DNA of 64,000 nucleotides, taken from contig NZ_JMCB01000001.1 in the NCBI RefSeq assembly GCF_000737315.1, positions 62,001-126,000 on the forward strand. Reading direction: 5' to 3'. Below the pieces are notes generated by a model. The model saw only the letters and a program-made list of their open reading frames with translations. It searched no databases and was not told the DNA's origin. The position numbers and the translations under genes were made by a program. Position 1 is the first letter of the stretch. The number at the start of each line of letters is the position of its first letter. This DNA is from Hyalangium minutum. GTDB lineage: Bacteria > Myxococcota > Myxococcia > Myxococcales > Myxococcaceae. Shown piece after piece: positions 8,257 through 17,983 of the stretch.

Positions 8257-11046
8257 ATGGCCACGGACGTAAGCACCTCAGGCAACTCGAACGCCGCCGC
8301 CGAAGCCGCTGCACGCCGTGCAGCAGAAGCCGCGGAGGCCGCACGACGTGCCGCCATCGAGGCCGCCCAACGCGCCGAGCAGGCCCGTCAGCAGGCAGAG
8401 CAGGCCGCCAAGGCCCAGGAGCAGGCCGCCAAGGCCGCCGAGGGCGCCGCCAAGGACGTGGGGCAGGCCCGCAAGGATCTGGTGCACGGCCAGCAGCAGT
8501 TGGAGAACGCGCCTCCGGCTCAGCGCGAGGCCGCCAAGAAGAACGTGGAGAAGCTCAGGGGCGAGGTCGACTCCACCCGCGAGAAACTGAAGACGGCCAA
8601 CCGCAGCCTGCTCGACGCTGACACCAAGCTCCAGAAGGCCCAGGAGAACGTCGCCCGCGAATCCAAGAACGCCGAAGAGGCGATGCTCAAGGCCAACGGC
8701 GCGGCGAAGAAGGACACCCTCAATTACGCGGTCAACGCGCTCAACCCCTTCAAGTCCGCCGATCCCTTCAGCAAGGAGCAGCTCGCCAAGGCTGGCCCCT
8801 CGGCCACGGAGATCAAGGATGCCTTCGACGGCGCCAATGGGGCCGAGCGCGACACGCTCTCCAAGAAGCTGGGCGTCGAGGCCTCGAATGATCCGAAGGA
8901 GATCCAGGCCAACCTGGATGCCAACCGCGACTTCGCGCAGCTGAAGCAGGATCCGGCCAAGGCCAAGACGCTCGAGCAGCTGAACATCCGCGACGGCAAG
9001 GATCTGCGCGGCTTTGGCAAGAAGCTGGCCGGGCAGGCCGCGGGCACCGCCCAGGGCAAGGACGCGCTGAACCTGAAGGGCGTACAGGACAAGGAGGCCC
9101 TGGCGTCCATCGTGCAGACGTCGGCCAACACGCTCGAGGGCACGGCGAAGGACACGCTCAAGAACGAGCTGTTCGCCCAGCAGGTGGCCAGCGGCCAGGA
9201 TCCGCAGAAGGCCGCGAACCTCAAGGGCACGGACCTCGCCGTCGCCGCGCACAACAACGAGCTGAAGGACGTCGTCAACAAGCCCGTCAAGGACTGGACC
9301 GAGGCGGACGCGAACCAGTACACGAAGGCGCTCGCCGATCAGGTGGAGAAGTACAAGAACGATCCCGAGGCCGTCGAGTCGCTGATGACGATGTCGGGCG
9401 AGCAGCTCCACCGCAGCGCCCAGCTCGTGGGCCAGGGCACCGAGCACAAGGGCAGCAAGGAGGAGATGGCCGGGCTGACGGCGAACCTCAGCCGCATCGG
9501 CAACGCCGCTCCCCCGCGCGCCGCCGCGCAGCTGGCCATGGGCATCGCCAACGAGATCCCCGAGGACAGCGAGCAGAACTACGTCGATGACGGGTTCAGC
9601 AAGTTCGTCGACGAGGGGGGCTCCTCACAGTTCCGCGACACCATCGCCGCCGCGCTCAAGCAGGGCGGCAAGGAGGACGCCGCCGAGGAGCTCATCGAGA
9701 AGGGCGGCGGCAGCGGCCTGGATGACCTCGCTGGCAACGTCTGGGACGGCATCAAGGACGCGGGCGAGTTCCTCGCCGACAAGGCGGGAGACGCCGCCAA
9801 GGGCGCCTACAACTTCGTCTCGGATCAGGTCGTCGGCAAGCTGGGCGACTCCATCCGCAACGCGGCCGCCAACGCGCTCAACATCGACGACCAGATCCAC
9901 AAGCTGAAATCCCCGGGCGACAGCTTCACGGTGAAGGCGGGCGTCGAGGGCACCCTCTTCGGCGCGGATCTGGGCGCCGGCGTGGAGATGAAGGTCTCCA
10001 AGACGGACACGGGCTACTCCATGGAGCTGCAGGGCAACGGCACCGCCGGCGTGGCCTCCAAGCTCAAGCTGCCGGGGCTGACGGACGCGGAGCTGTCGGC
10101 CACAGGCACGGCCTCGGCCACCGTGAAGTTCGAGTTCAAGAACGCCCAGGAGGTGGAGAAGGCCTCTGAGACCGTCGCGGGCGTGGCCATTGGCGCGGCC
10201 GCCACCGCCGGACCGCTGGCCCCCGTGGGCGCGGCGATGCTGGCCTCCGCGGGCAACGAGCTGGGCTTCATCGGCGACCACTACAAGTCCACCACCCTGA
10301 AGCTCGAGGGCAAGGGCGAGATCTCCGGCGAGGCTGGGGGCTCCCTGGGCCTGCCCGGCGCGAAGCTGGCGGGCTCGGTGTCCAACGCGACGGCCATCGA
10401 GATCCCCAAGTCGGGCCCGCCGAACCTCATCCTCACCCAGAAGGTGGGCGTGGAGGGCAAGCTGGACGTGGCCGACGGCGTGGGCCTGCCCAGCGGCGGC
10501 ACGCTCAGCCCGGGCAAGCTCGACGGCAAGGCAGAGATCTCCATGGAGACCAAGGTCCCGATCGATCTCAGCCCCAGCAAGCTCATCTCCGATCCGGTGG
10601 GCGCGCTGAAGCAGGCGGGCAAGACGGCCGTGGACAAGTCCACCACCAAGCTGTCCGCCAACGTGGAGCTCGCCGCGGGCGCCGAGATCGAGGGCGGCCC
10701 AGTGAAGCTCAACGGCCGCCAGGGCCTCCAGGTCCAGCTGTCCGCCGAGGCCAAGACCAAGGACATCGCCGGCTCGCTGGGCAAGGCCATCACCGGCGAC
10801 CTCGGCGGGGCGCTGCGCACGCTGGATCAGGGCACGAAGGTGAGCGCCAAAGTGAGCGCCTACACCGATGACAAGGTCGGCTTCGAGGAGGAGGGCGTGA
10901 GCGTCGGCGTTGCCTCCATCGACGTGACCGCCGAGGCCAAGACGCGCAGCTCCGAGGTCCTCACGGACTTCAAGGGCACGCCGTCGGAGTTGCTCAGCCG
11001 GTTCGGCAGCGTGGTGAACGGCGTGGGCTTCACCCAAACGGCCTGA
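8257..11046 (+). CDS. 929-aa hypothetical protein: coiled-coil N-terminus, helical middle, Gly-rich beta C-terminal domain with a hydrophobic segment
   Basis: Long ORF with strong GC3 codon bias and no signal peptide. AEAARRAAE-type coil; 'VAGVAIGAAATAGPLAPVGAAMLASAG' hydrophobic stretch. Confidence 0.8.
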   Translation: MATDVSTSGNSNAAAEAAARRAAEAAEAARRAAIEAAQRAEQARQQAEQAAKAQEQAAKAAEGAAKDVGQARKDLVHGQQQLENAPPAQREAAKKNVEKLRGEVDSTREKLKTANRSLLDADTKLQKAQENVARESKNAEEAMLKANGAAKKDTLNYAVNALNPFKSADPFSKEQLAKAGPSATEIKDAFDGANGAERDTLSKKLGVEASNDPKEIQANLDANRDFAQLKQDPAKAKTLEQLNIRDGKDLRGFGKKLAGQAAGTAQGKDALNLKGVQDKEALASIVQTSANTLEGTAKDTLKNELFAQQVASGQDPQKAANLKGTDLAVAAHNNELKDVVNKPVKDWTEADANQYTKALADQVEKYKNDPEAVESLMTMSGEQLHRSAQLVGQGTEHKGSKEEMAGLTANLSRIGNAAPPRAAAQLAMGIANEIPEDSEQNYVDDGFSKFVDEGGSSQFRDTIAAALKQGGKEDAAEELIEKGGGSGLDDLAGNVWDGIKDAGEFLADKAGDAAKGAYNFVSDQVVGKLGDSIRNAAANALNIDDQIHKLKSPGDSFTVKAGVEGTLFGADLGAGVEMKVSKTDTGYSMELQGNGTAGVASKLKLPGLTDAELSATGTASATVKFEFKNAQEVEKASETVAGVAIGAAATAGPLAPVGAAMLASAGNELGFIGDHYKSTTLKLEGKGEISGEAGGSLGLPGAKLAGSVSNATAIEIPKSGPPNLILTQKVGVEGKLDVADGVGLPSGGTLSPGKLDGKAEISMETKVPIDLSPSKLISDPVGALKQAGKTAVDKSTTKLSANVELAAGAEIEGGPVKLNGRQGLQVQLSAEAKTKDIAGSLGKAITGDLGGALRTLDQGTKVSAKVSAYTDDKVGFEEEGVSVGVASIDVTAEAKTRSSEVLTDFKGTPSELLSRFGSVVNGVGFTQTA

Positions 11047-11136
11047 GCCTCCGCACTGCCAGGGAGCATGGGTGCGGGCGCTCGGCCGCCCGCCGTCCCC
11101 GTGTCACAGCGTCAGGACGTGAACAGCTTCTGACCG

Positions 11137-11976
11137 ATGACTCCCTGGCTCGCACTCTCTCTTGGCCTGTGGCTCGGGCAGACGCCCGAGATCACTCCTT
11201 CCCTGCCCCCTGATGCCGATACCCAGGATCCCGCGGCCCTCGAGTTCCGGGACGCCTGGGAGCGGGCGCTCCAGAACGCGGACGCCACCGCCGAAGGACA
11301 GGACTTCACGGACGGCGTCGTCCAGATGCCCGTCTTTGAAGTCGGAGGCTCCAACCCGGACTACCAGTCCGTTCCGGTGACAGGCGGCACGGCTTCGCAG
11401 CCCACGGCGGACACGGCGGCCACAGGCACCGGTGGTGCGGGCACTGCGGGGACTACAGACGAGGCCCAAGCCCAGGGCACAGCCGCAGCCTCTGGCACGG
11501 GAACCACCACTGGCGCCACTGGCAACCTGCAGCAACAGGTGAACGCCCTGCGCAGTGAGGTTCAGACGCTTCAGGCCCAGCTCGCCACTCAGCAGCAGCA
11601 GGATGCCGCCATGCGGGAGCGCGCCAACACGCTGGAGCAGGATCGCCAGATGCGGCTGGACGAGATCGATCGTGCCCGTCAGTGGCTGATCGCGGCTGAC
11701 CAGGCGCTCGTGGCGGGCGAGCTGGACATCGGAGACACGCTCCAGGAGGCGGACGCGGCGCTGGAGCAGGTGGCCCAGAGCGCCACGGATGCAGGGAGCG
11801 GACAGACCGTGGTCCTCGTCGAGGGCGCGCGGACCGACATTGCCCAGGCGCTCTCCTCCACGGGGAACCGGGACACGTACAAGGCCCGGTGGGATCTGTT
11901 CTTCGCCTACGAGCGCCTCCGCGAGGCCCGCCGACAGAACCTCGACGAGGCCAGCGCCACCACCGTCACCCGGTGA
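11137..11976 (+). CDS. Hypothetical secreted protein with Thr/Gly linker and coiled coil
   Basis: N-terminal 'MTPWLALSLGLWLGQ', low-complexity TGGAGT linker, Gln-rich heptads. Confidence 0.7.
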   Translation: MTPWLALSLGLWLGQTPEITPSLPPDADTQDPAALEFRDAWERALQNADATAEGQDFTDGVVQMPVFEVGGSNPDYQSVPVTGGTASQPTADTAATGTGGAGTAGTTDEAQAQGTAAASGTGTTTGATGNLQQQVNALRSEVQTLQAQLATQQQQDAAMRERANTLEQDRQMRLDEIDRARQWLIAADQALVAGELDIGDTLQEADAALEQVAQSATDAGSGQTVVLVEGARTDIAQALSSTGNRDTYKARWDLFFAYERLREARRQNLDEASATTVTR

Positions 11977-11998
11977 AGGACGGCGCCGTCTTCACCGG
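11970..11998. terminator. Hairpin between convergent genes
   Basis: ccggtgaag-g-acggc / gccgt-cttcaccgg, a near-perfect palindrome with one bulge, at the stop of the 279-aa gene. Confidence 0.5.
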
Positions 11999-12020
11999 GG
12001 AGCCTCAGGAAGGCTCGGGG

Positions 12021-13481
12021 TTACTCTTTGAGGATGACCAGGCCTCGGGACGTCTCGGCCGCGTAGATGTAACCGTCCCCAGTGACCGCCACATCACTGA
12101 GTCCCTCGAAGAAGGACACCCCGCGAGCCTTGTCCGTCTCGCGCCACGTGTTGAAGTAGCCCACCACGCGCGGCTCGTTGGGGTTGGAGACATCCAGCAC
12201 GCGCAGGCCGTCCTGGTAGTGCGCCACGTAGAGCTTCGTGCCCACCAGCGACACCGAGCGAATGGACACCTCCGGCCGGAGCGAGAACTCCGCCGCCTGG
12301 GTGACGATGACGTCCGGCGCGCTGACATCCAGCACCCGCAGGTGCGCGCCCCAGGCCTCCCCAGCCTCGAACGCAACGGTGCGGTTGTTGATGACGCCCA
12401 CCGCCGCCGTGCGGGTGGTCGCTTCCGGGTACGAGTACTTGCCCAGCAGCTTGGGCTGGCGCGGGTTGGTCACGTCCGACACCGCCAGTCCGTACGTCCA
12501 GTGGCTCACGTACAACCGGCCGCCGCTGGCCACGACGTCATAGGGCCGGTCCCCCACCGTCGGGTTCGTGTTCTCTACGTAGTACCGCTTGGCCAACGCC
12601 AGTTCCCGCGGGTTGGTGGCGTCGAAGATGAGAACCTCGGCGTTCGGGGAGGGCGAGGCTGCATAGAGCCAGTTCCCGTCCATCGTCACCGCGCGCACGT
12701 CCACGGCCTTGTCCGTGGGGAACGCCTTGACCGGCAACGGGGACCTCGGGTTCGACACGTCGTAGACCAGAACACCGCGCTTGGTGCTGGCGATGTACAT
12801 CGTCTGATCCTTCACCCAGACCTTGTGAAACGCATCCGCATCGGTCGCCGAGAGCACCAGCTTCCCCGCCAGGCTCGGCGCCGCGGGGTTCGTCACGTCG
12901 AAGATGTAGAGGCCCTTCTCGCTCGCGGCGATGTACGCGAAGCCCCCTGCCACGAAGATGTCCTGGGCCTTGGCGTCATCCGGCAGCGCCAGCTCCGAGA
13001 CGAACTCAATGTTGGAGCCCTCGGTCTCGCCTTCGCGGCGCACGACGCGCTTGGCCTGGAAGGTGCCCGCCAGATCCTGCGTGCCGTTGAAGCAGCGCCG
13101 GAACACGCCCTCCACCTGCGTGGGAGACGTCGAGCGGCACCCGGCGAAGCGAAACTCGAAGTTGCCGGTGCCATCGGTGGCAGCCACGTCACTGGACACG
13201 AGGAACAGCTCCGGCTCGATGCGCGTGCTGGAGATGGGCAGCCCGGAGATCGCGGGCTCGCCAACATACCGGAGGACCCCGGCCGACTTCTCCCCGTCGT
13301 CGAAGGTCAGGTCCATGTTCCAGATGCCCTCGGCCTTGATGGCTCCGAGGCCCGACTTGTCGCACGAGGACAGGTCCAGCTTCTCGTAGGCACAGTCATT
13401 CCGGGCAACTGGCGCGTTGGCTTTCCCACACCCCGCCGCGAGCAGCAGGGCACCCAGGGACACTGAAAAGAGGCGGATCAT
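12021..13481 (-). CDS. LVIVD-repeat lipoprotein (beta-propeller)
   Basis: Lipobox 'LLLAAGC'; repeats 'GLYIFDVTNPAAP', 'GVLVYDVSNPRSP', 'GLAVSDVTNPRQP', 'GLRVLDVSNPNEP'. Confidence 0.85.
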   Translation of the reverse strand: MIRLFSVSLGALLLAAGCGKANAPVARNDCAYEKLDLSSCDKSGLGAIKAEGIWNMDLTFDDGEKSAGVLRYVGEPAISGLPISSTRIEPELFLVSSDVAATDGTGNFEFRFAGCRSTSPTQVEGVFRRCFNGTQDLAGTFQAKRVVRREGETEGSNIEFVSELALPDDAKAQDIFVAGGFAYIAASEKGLYIFDVTNPAAPSLAGKLVLSATDADAFHKVWVKDQTMYIASTKRGVLVYDVSNPRSPLPVKAFPTDKAVDVRAVTMDGNWLYAASPSPNAEVLIFDATNPRELALAKRYYVENTNPTVGDRPYDVVASGGRLYVSHWTYGLAVSDVTNPRQPKLLGKYSYPEATTRTAAVGVINNRTVAFEAGEAWGAHLRVLDVSAPDVIVTQAAEFSLRPEVSIRSVSLVGTKLYVAHYQDGLRVLDVSNPNEPRVVGYFNTWRETDKARGVSFFEGLSDVAVTGDGYIYAAETSRGLVILKE

Positions 13482-13667
13482 AGCCCCCTGCATACCGGGA
13501 GGCACGACGGGACGAAAGGGCTACCCGTTTGGAGACACCACGGAACAAGGAAGTACAGAGCTGAGCAAAAGCTCACGTTAGACTTGTGCCTTGCACTCCC
13601 CAGAGGGAGCTTCCATCCCTACGTACGCTCTGTCGCTCGACCCCCAACAGGCCCTGAGGTCGTACCT

Positions 13668-16600
13668 GTGAACCGACGCTCCACTGCTGCCGCCCTGCTG
13701 CTGACGCTGTTGCCCGGCATGGCGCTCGCCCAGGTCTTCGTCTATCCCCGCCGCGCTGACCGGAGCCAGGTCACCACCTTCGACTTCGAGTGGCGGCACG
13801 TCGATATCCTCGTGGGTCCCGCCGCCAAGGGCGAGGCCGCACCGCCCGAGAAGGCCGACCCGCTGCCCCCGGGCGTTCCCGGAGGCGCGATCCCAGCGGC
13901 GCCCACGATGCCACCGGAGGTCAGCTCTTCCTCCCGCCCGATCGCCGAGCCGCCCCAGGAGACGGAGCAAGTCACCACCACTCCGCCCACGAGCAACGAG
14001 CCACTGGCCCTGGCGGGAGGCCTGGACGGTGGTGTCCCGATGGATGGCGGCGTGGCGTCGGTCGAGCCGACCCAGCCCGCGAACGCGGCGATGTGGGCCG
14101 GCGGCGGCGCGGACGGCGGCACCCCGGCGGACGGCGGCGTGAAGTACGCCAAGTCGCTGGGAGAGAGCACGGGCGGCGTGCGCTTCTACTTCTACGAGCG
14201 CGAGCGCCAGGTGGCCGAGCGCGCCGCGCCGCTCATCGAGGACTCGTACCGGTACCTGGTGGAGCAGTTCAAGTACGTGCCCACCGAGACGTTCCCCTAC
14301 ATCCTCTACAACAGCTACCAGGAGTTCCTGCAGACCAACGTCTTCGCCGTGTCGGAGGGCACGCTCGGCGTCACCAGCACCGAGGACCTGAAGCTCTCGC
14401 TGCCGTACCTGGGAGACCACCGGCTCTTCCACGAGATCAGCACCCACGAGCTGGCGCACCAGTTCACCATCCAGAAGGTGCGCACCATCGCCAACACGAA
14501 GAAGACCTTTGGCGATCCGCTCCAGAACATCCCGCTGTGGTTCATCGAAGGCCTGGCCGAGTTCTACGCGAAGAACGGCCTGGATCCCGAGGCGGAGATG
14601 CTGGTGCGGGACTTGATGGCGAACCCGGACGTGATGAAGGGCTATGCCTTCCTCGACTTCTTCTCGCCTGGGCCGTACGGGTACCTGTGGATCTACAAGG
14701 CGGGCCAGGCGCGCGTGACGTTCCTGGAGGAGGAGTACGGCAAGGGCTTCATCCAGCGGGTGCTGGACGAGTCACCCAAGCTCATCTCCGGCGGGAAGGA
14801 CTCGGGCTCGGTGAAGTTCGAGGAGCTGCTGCAGCGGCTCACGGGCGACGAGCCCAAGAAGATCTCCGCCCGCTTCGAGAACTGGATGAAGCGGCGCGCC
14901 TTCAAGGGCTACCTCAGCTCCGAGCAGGCGGCGCCCGCGTTCGAGGAGATGGAGGATCGCTCCGGCATCACCACCGCGATGAACAGCTCGCCGGACGGCA
15001 AGGTGATCCTGTACCGGACCATCATCCCGGACACGGGCGAGAGCCGGCTGTACCTGGTAGACCCGAAGGCGCCCTCCAGCGCCATCAAGGTGGCCAATGA
15101 CGGAGTGCCGGGCGCCGAGTCCCTCCATCCCATCTTCGGGCGCAACTTCGCGCTGACGAAGGACAAGTTCGTCTTCACCGCGGAGTCCAACGGGCGCGAC
15201 GTCATCTACGTGCAGAACTACTCGTACACCTCCGAGCAGAAGACGAACGACGAGCTGGTGCGCCGCGGCGCCATGCGCACGGGATTCCAGCGACAGACGA
15301 GCGTCTCAGTGGATCTGGATGCGGGCAACCGCGTGGCGTACCGCGTGGGCCAGCACGGGCTGCTCGGAATTCCCGCCGTGGCCTTCTCGCCGGACGGACA
15401 GTGGCTGGCGTTCATCGGCATCAACGACGCGGGCATCCGGGACGTGTACGTGCTCGCGCTGAAGGATGGTGAGGACGCCAAGCCCCGGAAGCTCACGGAT
15501 GACCTGTACGCCGAGCGGCAGATCACCTGGGGCCCGAGCGGCATCATCTACACCTCGGACGCGACGTCGCACCGCTTCTACAACCTGTTCCGCATCAAGC
15601 CGGACGCGCCGGGACAGCCCGAGCGCCTCACCAGCCAGGCACAGGATCAGGCGGATCCGGTGGCCCTGGATGACGGCCGCATCTTCTTCGTGGAGTGGCA
15701 CCACAGCAGCTCGGATCTGCACGAGCTGAAGACGGACGGCTCCATCGTGCGGCGCACGGATGTCACCACCGGCGTCTTCGAGCCGGGCCCAGGTCCCGAG
15801 GGTGGCCTGTGGATGCTGTTCCACCAGTCCGGTGAGCGTCGGCCGTCGCTGCTGCGCGCGTCGAAGATGCTGAGCCTGGCCACGGAGGCGGCACCTCCGG
15901 CCGAGCCGCCCACGCCGCTGGCCTTCATGCCGCTGACGGGGGCCGAGAACTACCGGCCCTTCGCCCGGCAGAACATCGAGGTGGGGCCCATCTTCGGCTT
16001 CGCTGGCGCAGGCAGTGGAGGCTTCTACGGCCAGGTGTTTGCCATGGCGAGCGACCGGATGAAGAACCACGCCATGCTGCTCAACATGGCCATCTACGGC
16101 TCGTTCAAGCTGACCGATGGCGTGCTGCTCTATGTGAACCAGGAGAAGCGCACGGTGTGGGGCGTGGGCCTCTTCCAGTCGCTGCGTTTCCGGTTGGATG
16201 AGAGCTTTGGATCGCTGGGCACCACGTTCTTCTCGGGCGAGCGGTACTACGGCGCCATCGGCAGCGTGCGCTACCCACTCAGCACCTTCCTCTACTTGCA
16301 AGGCGAGCTGACCGCGGGCGGCACCTCGTACTTCATCGACTCGTATACGGCCTTCCGCCTGGAGAACCCGACGTTCAATAACTCGGGCCAGAACCTGTAC
16401 CGGCCCTGGCTGGATGCCAACGACAAGTCGCGCTTCCAGACGGAGCTGACGGGACAGATTGGCTACAACACCATCCGCTACCACTATGCGACGGGACCGC
16501 TGTCCGGGAGCTCGGCGCTGTTGGAGGCGGCCGTGGGCGCACAGCCGTTCAACAGCGAGGCCTACAGCAACATCCGGTTGGATCTGGAGCGCTATTTCCC

Positions 16601-17129
16601 CATCTACGGGCGTAGCAACATCTTCATCCGCGCCGCGGGCGGAAGCACGTTCGGTGGCAAGTATGCGCGCTCGTACTTCCTGTCGAGCTTCGACACGCTG
16701 CGCGGCGTGAACTTCGGAGACGAGGAGTGGCTGCTGGGCCGCAACTTCGCCTACTCCACGCTGGAATTGCAGGTGCCGCTCAACGACATCATCCGGGTCG
16801 CCTTCTTGAGCGACTTGGAGGCCATCGCTGGCGTGGACGTCGGCGGCGTGGGCAACACGACACGGCGGCTGTGGGATCGGCGCACGCTGGACTTCGCGGT
16901 GGGCTTCAACCTCTCACTCGGGCCTCTGCTGATGCGCCTGCACTTCGCGCGGCCGGTGGACATCGGCGCGCCGGTTGGCAAGCCGGATGACGGATGGGTG
17001 ACGAACTTCTCGATCGGCATCGCTGGCCTCAACGGCTTCTTCGATCGGAAGGGAGAAGGCGACGTCCGGCCTTCACCCGGCCTCCCACCCGGAGCGGGCA
17101 TCGGCCGCATCGGCATGCCTATGCAGTAG
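13668..17129 (+). CDS. Omp85-superfamily fusion: zincin-like peptidase domain + PD40/TolB-like propeller + Omp85-type barrel, no POTRA
   Basis: Signal peptide after GTG 13668; HELAH (14445-14459) plus 'WFIEGLAEF'; 'SPDGK/SPDGQW' repeats; barrel with 'TLRGVNFG...YSTLELQVPL' and 'LLMRLHFARP'. Confidence 0.75.
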   Translation: MNRRSTAAALLLTLLPGMALAQVFVYPRRADRSQVTTFDFEWRHVDILVGPAAKGEAAPPEKADPLPPGVPGGAIPAAPTMPPEVSSSSRPIAEPPQETEQVTTTPPTSNEPLALAGGLDGGVPMDGGVASVEPTQPANAAMWAGGGADGGTPADGGVKYAKSLGESTGGVRFYFYERERQVAERAAPLIEDSYRYLVEQFKYVPTETFPYILYNSYQEFLQTNVFAVSEGTLGVTSTEDLKLSLPYLGDHRLFHEISTHELAHQFTIQKVRTIANTKKTFGDPLQNIPLWFIEGLAEFYAKNGLDPEAEMLVRDLMANPDVMKGYAFLDFFSPGPYGYLWIYKAGQARVTFLEEEYGKGFIQRVLDESPKLISGGKDSGSVKFEELLQRLTGDEPKKISARFENWMKRRAFKGYLSSEQAAPAFEEMEDRSGITTAMNSSPDGKVILYRTIIPDTGESRLYLVDPKAPSSAIKVANDGVPGAESLHPIFGRNFALTKDKFVFTAESNGRDVIYVQNYSYTSEQKTNDELVRRGAMRTGFQRQTSVSVDLDAGNRVAYRVGQHGLLGIPAVAFSPDGQWLAFIGINDAGIRDVYVLALKDGEDAKPRKLTDDLYAERQITWGPSGIIYTSDATSHRFYNLFRIKPDAPGQPERLTSQAQDQADPVALDDGRIFFVEWHHSSSDLHELKTDGSIVRRTDVTTGVFEPGPGPEGGLWMLFHQSGERRPSLLRASKMLSLATEAAPPAEPPTPLAFMPLTGAENYRPFARQNIEVGPIFGFAGAGSGGFYGQVFAMASDRMKNHAMLLNMAIYGSFKLTDGVLLYVNQEKRTVWGVGLFQSLRFRLDESFGSLGTTFFSGERYYGAIGSVRYPLSTFLYLQGELTAGGTSYFIDSYTAFRLENPTFNNSGQNLYRPWLDANDKSRFQTELTGQIGYNTIRYHYATGPLSGSSALLEAAVGAQPFNSEAYSNIRLDLERYFPIYGRSNIFIRAAGGSTFGGKYARSYFLSSFDTLRGVNFGDEEWLLGRNFAYSTLELQVPLNDIIRVAFLSDLEAIAGVDVGGVGNTTRRLWDRRTLDFAVGFNLSLGPLLMRLHFARPVDIGAPVGKPDDGWVTNFSIGIAGLNGFFDRKGEGDVRPSPGLPPGAGIGRIGMPMQ

Positions 17130-17155
17130 CGGCGCGTGCGCTCCGTGGCGGTGGC

Positions 17156-17178
17156 GTCCTGAGCCCACCGCTCAGGAC
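17156..17178. terminator. Hairpin between convergent genes
   Basis: gtcctgagc / gctcaggac 9-bp stem with a 5-nt loop. Confidence 0.5.
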
Positions 17179-17645
17179 TGCGCGGCCACGAGCGCCGCGT
17201 TGGCCCGAGCCAGGGGCCCCCCATCGTTCCGGGGGATCCGCTCGAAGTCGCCGCGCAGTGCCTTGAGCGCGAACTTCTCCAAGTCGATCTCCCGGCGCGT
17301 GCGCACGCCACCCACGGCGCGCACCAACTCGGCCAGGGGCCCGAAGCCCACAAGCCCATGCTGGAGCATCAGCCCTGCGGCGATGCCTCCCAGGATGCGC
17401 CAGTGGCCGCCGTCCCGCCGGGCCAGCCACAGTCCCAGCACCGCGACCGCCGAGCCCGCCACCATCACCGCCCGGTGGATGTCCCACTCCCGCTCGAGCT
17501 TCTGGAGGTAGCGGGAGATCTCCGCCCGATCCTGCTGGGCCATGTGGCGTACGCAGCGCTCCACCCGCTCGTCGATGCGCTGGTTGACATCCTTGGGCGC
17601 GTGCGAGCGCACCGCGTCGGCCGCTGTCTGGTTCCAGGACTCCAT
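17172..17645 (-). CDS. Small membrane protein (DUF2892/YgaP-like)
   Basis: 'LEREWDIHRA' + two TM helices + 'RTRREIDLEKFALKALRGDF'. Start taken at ATG 17645. Confidence 0.65.
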   Translation of the reverse strand: MESWNQTAADAVRSHAPKDVNQRIDERVERCVRHMAQQDRAEISRYLQKLEREWDIHRAVMVAGSAVAVLGLWLARRDGGHWRILGGIAAGLMLQHGLVGFGPLAELVRAVGGVRTRREIDLEKFALKALRGDFERIPRNDGGPLARANAALVAAQS

Positions 17646-17983
17646 GGAGTGCTCCCTCGCTGTCGCAGTCAGACCCTGCTTCCAAAGGTAGGGGTGGGAT
17701 CGGGCCGCTGCCGCTGCCGCTCCCCCTCGGGTTCTGACGTCCTCTCCGCCGAGGAGCGGCCGAGCGAGCCTCCGAACACTCCGTGCCAGGCGCTCAGGAA
17801 TGGCTGTCGCAGATAACTCTCTCAGCTTGAGACTTGAGAATGTCTGAGACACTTCATCCGAGCCCAGGCCATGTGCCTTCTGGCTTCTACCGTCTGACAG
17901 ATTAGACATGGATGGCCTGTTATTTCCGAGTTCGCACCTCATCTTGATTTTCGGCCCCCGCTGAAAACCCCAAGGAGGATGCC

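Noticed and set aside
8257-8720. TolA or phage tape-measure identity for the Ala-rich coiled coil
   Set aside because: No N-terminal TM anchor, and no tol-pal or phage genes nearby
13668-17129. Calling the Omp85-type gene bamA
   Set aside because: No POTRA domains, no skp/lpx context and an atypical C-terminus
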